DNA of 64,000 nucleotides from Anthoceros angustus. Lineage: Eukaryota; Plantae; Anthocerotophyta. The position numbers were made by a program, and so were the translations under genes. Location: assembly GCA_010909165.1 (NCBI GenBank), contig VJWM01000019.1:248001-312000 (forward strand), given 5' to 3'. The notes below the pieces were generated by a model. That model made no database searches, was not told the origin of the DNA, and was given only the letters and a program-made list of their open reading frames with translations. This document shows positions 14,128 through 25,040 of the stretch, piece after piece; position 1 is the first letter of the stretch; each line of letters begins with the position of its first letter.

Positions 14128-15612
14128 AGCATTGACGCCACAGACAGCCCGTCTCGCCATGGCGACCTTTGGCGGTGGTGTCGCCCGGCGGTGGCGTGAG
14201 TAGCGGGGTTTTCGTGAGGTAAGCATATGTAATTAATTCAAGCTGCGTACATCGAACAAGCAGTATAAACCTTGACAATGGTGCAATGAGATGGACGGCG
14301 GCCTAGGATCATGGCGACCACCCCAAGTGCAGCTTTGTAATGACCGTATATGATGACACATATTCATTTCACACCCACGCTATCCACGATGCATGCACCC
14401 GTTTGCACCGAGGTGTTTCACAAGGGTGACGACCTGCGAACGCGCTCTCGTGGTCACCGGGATTGTCTTTGGTCCATGATGAGTCAATGCATGTCATGGT
14501 CCTTGGATTGGGAAATGCCCATGTCCTGCGGTCATTTGTCCTTCCGCCATGACATGTACATGCATGACATGGTCCACGGACATCGCATGACTTGGCCATG
14601 ACATGTATATGCATGTCATGGGCTTGACCATGGCGTGCATTGACGCCACAGACAGCCCGTCTCGCCATGGCGACCTTTGGCGGTGGTGTCGCCCGCAGCG
14701 ACGTGAGTAGCGGGTTTTCGTGGAGGTAAGCATAATTAACAAAGCAATCACAGACATCGAACAAGCAGTATAAACCTTGACAATGGTGCAACAGCAGATG
14801 GACGGCCTAGGATCATGGCGACCACCCCAAGTGCAGCTTTGTAATGATATGATGACACATATTCATTTCACACCCACGCTATCCACGATGCAGTTTGCAC
14901 CGAGGTGCCTCAAGGGTGACGACACGAAACGTCTCTCGTGGTCACCGGGATTGTCTTTGGTCCATGATGAGTCAATGCATGTCATGGTCCTTGGATTGGG
15001 AAATGCCCATGTCCGCAGGTGTCATTTGTCCTTCGCCATGACATGTACATGCATGACATGGTCCACGGACATCGCATGACTTGGGCCATGACATGTATAT
15101 GCATGTCATGGGCTTGACCATGGCGTGCATTGACGCCACATGGCAAGTCTCGCCATGGCGACCTTTGGCGGTGGTGTCGCCTAAGGACGTGAGTAGCGGG
15201 TTTTCGTGAGGTAAGCATAATTAATAATGTACAATCACAGACATCGAACAAGTACATGTATAAACCTTGACAATGGTGCAACAGATGGATCGGCCTAGGA
15301 TCATGGCATCACCCCAAGTGCAGCTTTGTAATGACCGTATGATGACACATATTCATTTCACACCCACGCTATCCACGATGCACAAATTGCACCGAGGTGC
15401 TCAAGGGTGACGACACGAAACGTCTCTCGTGGTCACCGGGATTGTCTTTGGTCCATGATGAGTCAATGCATGTCATGGTCCTTGGATTGGGAAATGCCCA
15501 TGTCCGCAGGTGTCATTTGTCCTTCCGCCATGACATGTACATGCATGACATGGTCCACGACATCGCCATGACATGTATATGCATGTCATGGGCTTGACCA
15601 TGGCATGCATTT
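14128..15612. repeat. Three tandem copies of a ~500-bp unit
   Basis: gcattgacgccaca at ~14128, ~14637 and ~15127, with matching downstream sequence. Confidence 0.9.
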
Positions 15613-15627
15613 ACATGTCATGGCCGA

Positions 15628-17012
15628 ACATATATAGTCACGAATATCTCGCTCACACATAGCGACGGCCAAGCACATTCGCTGGCATTTCGAGGGCCAA
15701 GGACAAATGCGACCTCCTGTCATTGCACAAGGATTTATTTGTCCTTGGGCCTCGACATGTGCGTGCATGTCATGGCCCACGGTCTTGTCATGTCCTTGGC
15801 CCATGACGTGCATATACATGTCATGGGCCAAGGACATGATATGACCATGACATGCATATGCATGTGATGGTCCAAGGAAACGTTTTTCCTTTGACCATGA
15901 AATGTATATGCATGTAAATGTCATGCATGACATTTATATAATAGGCATGGGCCAAGGACATTTATATAATTGCCATGGGCCAAGGACAAATTTGTCCTTG
16001 GGCCATGACATATATATTACAAGGCGTTTCATGGGCAAGGACAACTTTGTCCTTGGCCCATGGCAATGCATGGCATGGTCAAGACCAGGACATGACATGA
16101 CCATGGGCCAAGGACACATTTGTCCTTGGCCCATGACATTTATATACATGCCATGGGCCATGACATGTAAATTCATGTCATGGGCCAAGGACAAATTGTC
16201 CACAGCCGGGACATGTAAATTCATGTCATGGGCGAAGGACAAATTTGTCCTTGGCCACAGGCGATGCCATATTGGTGTCTATATATGTATAGCAGTAAGG
16301 TGGTGTAGACTTCATTTGGGAGGACATGCTATTATGAGGACTTAAAACACAAGGAGCGCATGATGAGGTGGCCAAACATGCATGGGGATGGGCCTAGTTG
16401 TCATGGGCCAAGGACAACTTTGAGCTTGGCCCATGACATGTAAATGCATGGCATGGTCTTAACCATGACATGCATACATGCCATGGGCCAAGGACAAAGT
16501 TGTGCTTGGCACATGACATGCATATGGATGTCATGGGCCAAGGAAAACTTTGTCCTTCGCCATGACATGCATGCATGTCGCAGGACATGCATATGCATAT
16601 ATATGACATGACATTTATATATACATGCCATGGGCCAAGGACAAAGTTGTCCTTGGCCCATGATATGCATGTCATGGGCCAAGGACAACTTTGTCCTTGG
16701 CCCATGGCATGTATATAAATGTCATGCGCATGACAATGACATGTATACGACATGGTCCAATGAAAATGTTTCCTTGGACCATGTCATGCATATCATGTCA
16801 TGGTCATGTCATGTCCGTGGGCCATGACATGTATATGCATGTTATGGGCGACATGACATGACCATGGGCCATGACATGGACGCTTATGAGGCCCAAGGAC
16901 AAATAGTTCCTTGGGCAATGACAAGCGGTGGCATATGTCCTCGGCCCTCGAAATGATGAATGTTCTTGGCCGAAATGTGTGCGAATTTGGTGACTATATA
17001 TGTCTACGAGTG
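15628..17012. mobile_element. CATG-rich foldback/MITE-like element(s) with long inverted arms and CACT-like terminus
   Basis: 15628-15790 is the reverse complement of ~16860-17004. The interior is built from palindromes CCATGACATG-N-CATGTCATGG and GGCCAAGGACAA-N-TTGTCCTTGGCC. The minus-strand end at 17012 reads CACTCGTAGACATATATAGTCAC. A second similar end lies at 16269-16297. Confidence 0.7.
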
Positions 17013-18499
17013 ATAAGTGTGGTCATCAGTTGATTAGGTCCCACTTGTTATAATGAGGAGTTGAGACATAAGGGAAGGCGATGAGGTGGCAACTTTGAAT
17101 GGCGACTATGGCGGCGGTATCACGGTATCGCATGCGGCCCGGAGACATGGCCTATTACTTCCGCGTCACGCGGTGTTACTTCCACTTGCATCTTTTCAAT
17201 CGTCACCTTGCGGTTGCAATCGCTTTGTCTCGGTTCGCTCTGTTCAAGCTTTCGACTTTCTTGTGATTACAAAGATGGTGTGGGACGTGGACTTGAGGAT
17301 TTGGGCGCCCCTTCACCGACTTCATCCTGCCGTGACCCACCCGCCGGTGAGGATGACGTTCGGCCCGTGATCAAAGGAGGCGTCCGCCGTCTGCAGCGGT
17401 GGCAATGGCGACTATGGCGGCGGTGGTGGTGGCAAGCACTCGCGAGTGAAAGGGACCACGTGGCGCGGCACGGTGGTCATGGAAGTGTCACGGCTCGGCG
17501 GTGGGAAGCGGGAGGTGGAAACGGTGGGTGGACCCATAGAGGCCGGGCGCTCCATCCGAGGCGGCGGAGGCGTGGCGGAGGGTGGCACAGTGACAACAGA
17601 CTGGGAGCGCCACCATGAAGATGGGCGGCAAGTGTCCTTCCAAGGTTGCGGAGGAGGCGTGATGGCGATGCCCAAGTTGCCCCTGCCGAGGTGGGGATGG
17701 GAAGGAAGATGCTTCCACCATCAACCCCGCTGGGAGGGAGCGCACCCGCTCCTATGGGCCGGTTCGGCTGCTCAGAGGGGTTTTGGTCCTGAGTGGCAGG
17801 AGGTGGCCCTTCCCGTGGAGCAGGTGGCTGGTCCTCGGGATGAGCGAACACCGGTCCCCCGCCCTTGTGGCATGGATGCCCTAGCAAGTGCGCCTACTGG
17901 GGCCGCCCATCCTGCTCCCGAGAAGCAGGGACCACTTGCCTATGCCGACGGCAATGCGAGCGAGGTGCACGCGAGCCAAGGGGAGGAAGGGCATGCTCCC
18001 GACCTCCACTGTGAAGAACAACTGGATGTGGGAGATGAGGACAGGGTTGAGGGGGCAAGCCAGCCAGAGGCCGAGACGGCCGACTCCGAGGCGGATGGAA
18101 ATGGCGAGGACGAGGACAATTCGAGGATGAGGCGAGGTGGTGACATGGAAGAACAGGGGTGGCCAGGGCGTCCCACCACCGCAACTCCGGCAGAGATAGG
18201 AGAACTCACCATGGCCGGTAAGCAACTCGGCAGCGTCATTCTTGTATGTCGAGCTCCACGGGCGGGAGGAGTGTTTATGGTGTCGGCCGCTGTGCGATGG
18301 AGGTTGGGTCGAAAATGAGGATCGGTGATGCGGTGGAGGATGAAGAAGGACTGAGGAGGGCCTTCCATCGCGTGTCTTGGAGCTAGTGTGTGCGAAGATG
18401 GCGTTGATGGTGCGTGGACAAGCCATGACGAGAGTCCGAGGGAGAGGCTGGTGAGTATGGTAGAGATTGAGTTTCCGGTGTCGGCCGGGATGAGATTGT

Positions 18500-19020
18500 G
18501 GCGAGGTTTGGTGCATCACGGACAAGGAACCACAACGTAGGGAAGAAGGTGAGGCAAGCGCATTGATATGGAGGGAGAAGGGTAAGGATGCGAAATGGCT
18601 CCATCCGCCGAATGTCACAACGAAGGCATGGAGGAAGGCCGTGGAGGCGGGGTGGTGACGTTGCACAAGAATGGGGGTGTGGCCAACACCTCGAAGCGCA
18701 AGCGTGCAAGGCGGCAAAGCATGATCAAGGGACCAATCCCTTTGGTCCACTAGGCGAAAGATTTTGAAAGGAAGTTCGTGCAGCGGTGGGGAGGGAGCGC
18801 GGTAGAGGAGGCTGCGGTGGCGGCGAGGAATGGCTTGGAGAACATGCCGGAGTATTGGAGAGGTAAGGAAAAGGCATGGCGGTGGCGGTGAGAGGGCAAG
18901 TGGGCGAGGCAACGCTTGTCGTGATGTGATCACCGAGTGGCATGTGCAGGATGCTTGGAGCAGAATGCAAGAGGAAGCAATGATGGAGGCGGCCGGACGG
19001 TACATGCAAAGGCGTTGAAG
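18500..19020 (+). pseudogene. Second TnpA-like ORF remnant, divergent from TnpD, inside element B
   Basis: Frame-stitched WLHPPNVTTKAWRKAVE ... GTNPFGPLG / KDFERKFVQRWGGSAVEEAAVAARNG, matching the motif of the two minus-strand TnpA-like ORFs. The acidic low-complexity ORF 17446-18318 upstream may belong to the same gene. Confidence 0.5.
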
Positions 19021-22000
19021 AGGGTGGGGGACAACGAGGGAGAGGGAGGGAAGGCGATTGCTGGTGGCATGGAAGAAGGGGGACAACGGTGGAAGTGGTG
19101 GCACCGACACGGAGGATCACACGGAGCGTGTCGAAAAGTGTAAGTGCAAATGTGTAACATGTCATGCAAATGGCGATGCAATGGGCGAACATCTTGGCAT
19201 CCTTTGTTGCAGCCATGGTGGTCGAAAAGAAGGAAGCCGGTGGAAGGATGTGTGGGAAACGCAGCCTGTGAGGCGTGAGCAAGGGAAGAGAAAGCGGGCA
19301 CCAAGCATGACACCAACAAGCAAAGGAAGAAAAGCAGTTCTACACACCGGAAGAAGAAGAAGAATCCTCCGAGGACAACCAATGAGTGTAGGGGTGTCTG
19401 CAAGAAGCCTAAGTAGCATAGGATTTAGTTTTATGTAGGAAGAAAGTGAGGGCTTCGATGAGTTAGCCATCTAGATGAATGTGTGGTTCGAGCGCAGTGG
19501 TGATGTGGAAGGATGTGGGAAACGCAGAGCCTGTGAGGCGTGAGCAAGGGAAGAGAAAGCACCAAGCATGACACCAACAAGCAAAGGAAGAAACGCGGGT
19601 TCTACACCGGAAGAAGAAGAATCCTCCACCGAGGACAACCAATGAGTGTAGGTGGAAGCCTAAGTAGCATAGGATTTAGTTTTATGTAGGAAGAAAGTGA
19701 GGGCTTCGAGTTAGCGCCATCTAGATGAATGTGTGGTTCGAGCGCAGTGGTGATGTGAAGGCGAAAGGGAGAAGCTTGTGGCTGCCCGAATCGATGACTC
19801 GATAAGACAATTGTGACATTGCTTTGTGACACAAGCGAATTGCCGGTAGGTGTGGGTTGAATACGATTGCTAGGTTTGCATGTGTGAAAAGACGACCGAG
19901 CGGGCAGGTTGGGGAAAGCGTCGCCATTGCTCATGGGTGGGACAAAAGCATGGGATTAGTCCTCATGTACCACCCTTTCCCAATTTCGGACATCAAGGTA
20001 TGTATGTATAAAGGAACCTAGTTGTCCATGCACTCGCGTTGGTGGAGTGGAGGCGAGATGGTGACGAACAAGCGTCGCGTGTTGAAGCCGGGTAAGTCAA
20101 ACGATTTTGCAACCGCAAGAACAAGAGTAGCACGGTCGGCAGTAATGCGATATATGTCCAGTCTGAAATAAAAAATCAGATAATCCGGTGTTCATGTACA
20201 AATACCTACCTACAAGTAGGTACGTATGAAGGTAAATCCAGATTCTACAAGTAGGTACTGTGCGTATGAAGGTAATGTGTATTCTATCTCTACCAAGATA
20301 TCGTGCAAAAGCCATAAACAAATAGTATACAAGCCAATAATAGCTATGGTAAGCCATAAACAATTAGTATACAAGCCAATAATAGCTATGGTAGGGAAAA
20401 AGGTTGATATAGGAATTATGGTGGTGGTAGAGGAAGGAGACAATTAATGAGAGACAATTAATGAGCATGTTAGTGTGATATCCGTGTGATATCCGTTTGG
20501 CGCCATTAACAATAGTTGTGAAGAGAGAGTGCAATGAAGAGCAATAGGAAAAACATTAACTAATTGTACTTCCAATGGGGTGTAATAAAGAGGGGACCGA
20601 TAGAGAAGAGAGAGAGGGTCCTTATTACGGTCATGTTGCATTTGCATGAGGGAATTCATAAACAATGCGTGAGAGGGCAAGTGGGCGAGGCAACGCTTGT
20701 CGTGATGTGATCACCGAGTGGCATGTGTGGGATGCTTGGAGACGGGAATGCAAGAGGGAAGCAATGGACGAGGCGGACGACACATGCAAAGGCGTTGAAG
20801 AGGGTGGGGGACAACGAGGGAGAGGGAGGGAAGACAGCTTGGGCAGCGGAAGAAGGGGGACAACAATGGAAGTGGTGGCACCGACACGGAGGATCACACG
20901 GAGCGTGTAAAAGTGTAAGTGCAAATGTGTAACATGTCATGCAAATGGCGATGCAATGGGCGAAATCGATCTGGCTTTGTTGCAGCCATGGTGGTCGAAA
21001 AGAAGGAAGCTGTGGAAGGATGTGGGAAACGCAGAGCCTGTGAGGCGTGAGCAAGGGAAGAGAAAGCACCAAGCATGACACCAACAAGCAAAGGAAGAAA
21101 CGCGGGTTCTACACGGAAGAAGAAGAAGAATCCTCCGAGGACAACCAATGAGTGTAGGGGTGTCTGCAAGAAGCCTAAGTAGCATAGGATTTAGTTTTAT
21201 GTAGGAAGAAAGTGAGGGCTTCGGAGTTAGCCGCCATCTAGATGAATGTGTGGTTCGAGCAGGTGGTGATGTGAAGGCGAAAGGGAGAAGCTTGGCTGCC
21301 CGAATCGATGACTCAAGAATGCATAATTGTGACATTGCCGCTTTGACACAAGCGAGAACCGGTAGGTGTGGGTTGAAGCACGATTGCTAGGTTTGTGTGT
21401 GAAAAGACGACCAGTGCAGACGGGTTGGGGAAACGTCGACGCCATTGCTCATGGGTACCGGACAAAAGCATGGGATTAGTCCTCATGTACCACCCTTTCC
21501 CAATTGTGACATCAAGGTATGTATAAAGGAACCTAGTTGTCCATGCACTCGCGTTGGTGGAGTGGAGGAGGATGGTGACGAACAAGCGGTCGCGTGTTCA
21601 AGCCGAAGTCAAACGATTTTGCAACCGCAAGAACAAGAGGTAAAGCAAGGCACAAGAATGTGATATCCGTCAGATTGGAAATAAAAAATCAGATAATCCG
21701 GTGTTCATGTACAAATACCTACAAGTAGGTACGTATGAAGGTAAATCCAGATTCTACAAGTAGGTACTGACGTATGAAGGTAATGTGTATTCTATCTCTA
21801 CCAAGATATCGTGCAAAAGCCATAAACAAATAGTATACAAGCCAATAATAGCTAAGCCATAAACAATTAGTATACAAGCCAATAATAGCTATGGTAGGGA
21901 AAAAGGTTGATATAGGAATTATGGTGGTGGTAGAGGAAGGAGACAATTAATGAGAGACAATTAATGAGCATGTTAGTGTGATATCCGTGTGATATCCGGT

Positions 22001-25000
22001 TTGCGCCATTAACAATAGTTGTGAAGAGAGAGTGCAATGAAGAGCAATAGGAAAAACATTAACTAATTGTACTTCCAATGGGGTGTAATAAAGAGGGGAC
22101 CGATAGAGAAGAGAGAGAGGGTCCTTGTTACATCATGTTGCATGAGGGAATTCATAAACAATGCGTATGAGAGAGGGGATGTAGTTAAGAGGGAAGCAAT
22201 GGATGAGGCGAGGACAGACACATGCAAAGGCGTTGAAGAGGGTGGGGGACAACGAGGGAGAGGGAGGGAAGACATTGCTGGTGGGCAGCGGAAGAAGGGG
22301 GACAACGGTGGAAGTGGTGGCACCGACACGGAGGATCACACGGAGCGGTAAAAGTGTAAGTGTGTAACATGTCATGCAAATGGCGATGCAATGGGCGAAA
22401 TCGACTGTGCTTTGTTGCAGCCCACATGGTGGTCGAAAAGAAGGAAGCTGTGGAAGGATGTGGGAAACGCAGAGCCTGTGGAGTGAGCAAGGGAAGAGAA
22501 AGCACCAAGCATGACACCAACAAGCAAAGGAAGAAACGCGGGTTCTACACCGGAAGAAGAAGAATCCTCCACCGAGGACAACCAATGAGTGTAGGTGGAA
22601 GCCTAAGTAGCATAGGATTTAGTTTTATGTAGGAAGAAAGTGAGGGCTTCGAGTTAGCGCCATCTAGATGAATGTGTGGTTCGAGCGCAGTGGTGATGTG
22701 AAGGCGAAAGGGAGAAGCTTGTGGCTGCCCGAATCGATGACTCAAGAATGCAATTGTGACATTGCGCTTTGTGACACAAGCGAATTGCCGGTAGGTGTGG
22801 GTTGAAGCACGATTGCTAGGTTTGTGCATGTGTGAAAAGACGCAGTGGTTGGGGAAACGACGACGCCATTGCTCATGGGTACCGGACAAAAGCATGGGAT
22901 TAGTCCTCATGTACCACCCTTTCCCTCTGTGACATCAAGGTATGTATGTATAAAGGAACCTAGTTGTCCATGCACTCGCGTTGGTGGAGTGGAGGAGGCA
23001 GATGGTGACGAACAAGCGTCGCGTGTTCAAGCCGGTAAGTCAAACGATTTTGCAACCGCAAGAACAAGAGGTAACGGCACAAGAATGTGCGATATCCGAT
23101 CGGAAATAAAAATCAGATAATCCAGTTGTTCATGTACAAATACCTACCTACAAGTAGGTACTGACGTATGAAGGTAAATCCAGATTCTACAAGTAGGTAC
23201 CGACGTATGAAGGTAATGTGTATTCTATCTCTACCAAGATATCGTGCAAAAGCCATAAACAAATAGTATACAAGCCAATAATAGCTATGGTAAGCCATAA
23301 ACAATTAGTATACAAGCCAATAATAGCTATGGTAGGGAAAAAGGTTGATATAGGAATTATGGTCGCTGTGTGGTAGAGGAAGGAGACAATTAATGAGAGA
23401 CAATTAATGAGCATGTTAGTGTGTGATATCCGTGTTTGGGCGCCATTAACAATAGTTGTGAAGAGAGAGTGCAATGAAGAGCAATAGGAAAAACATTAAC
23501 TAATTGTACTTCCAATGGGGTGTAATAAAGAGGGGGACTGATAGAGAAGAGAGAGAGGGTCCTTGTTACAGTCATGTTGCATTTGCATGAGGGAATTCAT
23601 AAACAATGCGTATGAGAGAGGGGATGTAGTTAAGAGGGTGAAGTGGTAGGAGAGAGAGCAAGGTTCGTGTTAAGATTGTAGGCCCAATGCGGAAAGAAAT
23701 GACAAACTTAATACCAAGCCTCCAAATGATGTTGCAAGTTACAAGTGTAACATAAAATTGCAACAACGACTGTAACATAGGGGGCCATTTCTAGTAGGGA
23801 TACAACCTGTGGCTCACGATTCGGCATGGCGTCTTAATGACACATGTGTTATGTGCGAGGAAGTATGGGCCCCATCTTGTGATTGCGGGCATACCGTAGG
23901 GGCTGCCTCGTGTCATTGCCCGGAGCCACAAAATCTCTCTCCATACTCGGTGGAACCACTGGTTGGGGAAACGACGACGCCATTGCTCATGGGTACCGGA
24001 CAAAAGCATGGGATTAGTCCTCATGTACCACCCTTTCCCAATTGTGACATCAAGGTATGTATAAAGGAACCTAGTTGTCCATGCACGCGGAGTGGAGGAG
24101 GCAGATGGTGACGAACAAGCGGTCGCGGTTCGCCGAAGTCAAACGATTTTGCAACCGCAAGAACAAGAGGTAAAGCAAGGCACAAGAATGTGATATCCGT
24201 CAGATTGGAAATAAAAATCAGATAATCCGGTGTTCATGTACAAATACCTACAAGTAGGTACGTATGAAGGTAAATCCAGATTCTACAAGTAGGTACTGAC
24301 GTATGAAGGTAATGTGTATTCTATCTCTACCAAGATATCGTGCAAAAGCCATAAACAAATAGTATACAAGCCAATAATAGCTAAGCCATAAACAATTAGT
24401 ATACAAGCCAATAATAGCTATGGTAGGGAAAAAGGTTGATATAGGAATTATGGTGGTGGTAGAGGAAGGAGACAATTAATGAGAGACAATTAATGAGCAT
24501 GTTAGTGTGATATCCGTGTGATATCCGGTTGGCGCCATTAACAATAGTTGTGAAGAGAGAGTGCAATGAAGAGCAATAGGAAAAACATTAACTAATTGTA
24601 CTTCCAATGGGGTGTAATAAAGAGGGGACCGATAGAGAAGAGAGAGAGGGTCCTTGTTACATCATGTTGCATGAGGGAATTCATAAACAATGCGTATGAG
24701 AGAGGGGATGTAGTTAAGAGGGTGAAGTGGTAGGAGAGAGAGCAAGGTTAAGATTGTAGGCCCAATGCGGAAAGAAATGACAAACTTAATACTAAGCCTC
24801 CAAATGATGTTGCAAGTTACAAGTGTAACATAAAATTGCAACAACGAATATGAACAGGGGCCATTTCTAGTAGGGATACAACCTGTGGCTCACGATTCTA
24901 CATTTATGACGCCCTAAAAAGCGAAACTGTGACATGTGCGAAATGTATAAGGCCCCATCTTGTGATTATGGGCATACCGTAGGGGCTGCCTGCCGACCGC

Positions 25001-25040
25001 CCAACCCGCAAAAATCTCTCTCCATACTCGGTGAACCACG
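18890..25040. repeat. About four degenerate tandem copies (periods ~1.1-1.5 kb) of the right-hand region of element B, including a second TIR+TSD+flank copy
   Basis: Anchor caaaagcatgggattagtcctcatg at ~19943, ~21463, ~22887 and ~24001. Each unit has an internal ~42-bp doublet aagccataaacaa(a/t)tagtatacaagccaataatagct. The TIR end ggccatttctagtaggg|ata recurs, ending at 24875. Confidence 0.9.

Larger units (their letters stand above)
3356..23799 (-). mobile_element. CACTA-superfamily element B, ~20.4 kb, CCCTA termini
   Basis: Perfect 29-bp TIR CCCTACTAGAAATGGCCCCCTATGTTACA at 3356-3384 and its reverse complement at 23771-23799. 3-bp TSD ATA at 3353-3355 and 23800-23802. Internal TnpD. The right end recurs, ending at 24875. 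Confidence 0.9.

Noticed and set aside
14350-16830. Met/His/Cys-rich ORFs as metal-binding proteins
   Set aside because: They are translation by-products of the CATG palindromic array and appear on both strands.
3356-17015. Element defined by 3356 and the CACTC end at 17012 (also followed by ATA)
   Set aside because: The two ends are not inverted repeats of each other; 3356 pairs perfectly with 23799, so this ATA is probably coincidental.
17881-19110. 409-aa minus-strand ORF as a gene
   Set aside because: Pro/Ser/Leu/His-rich shadow of purine-rich plus-strand sequence; the conserved motif is on the plus strand.
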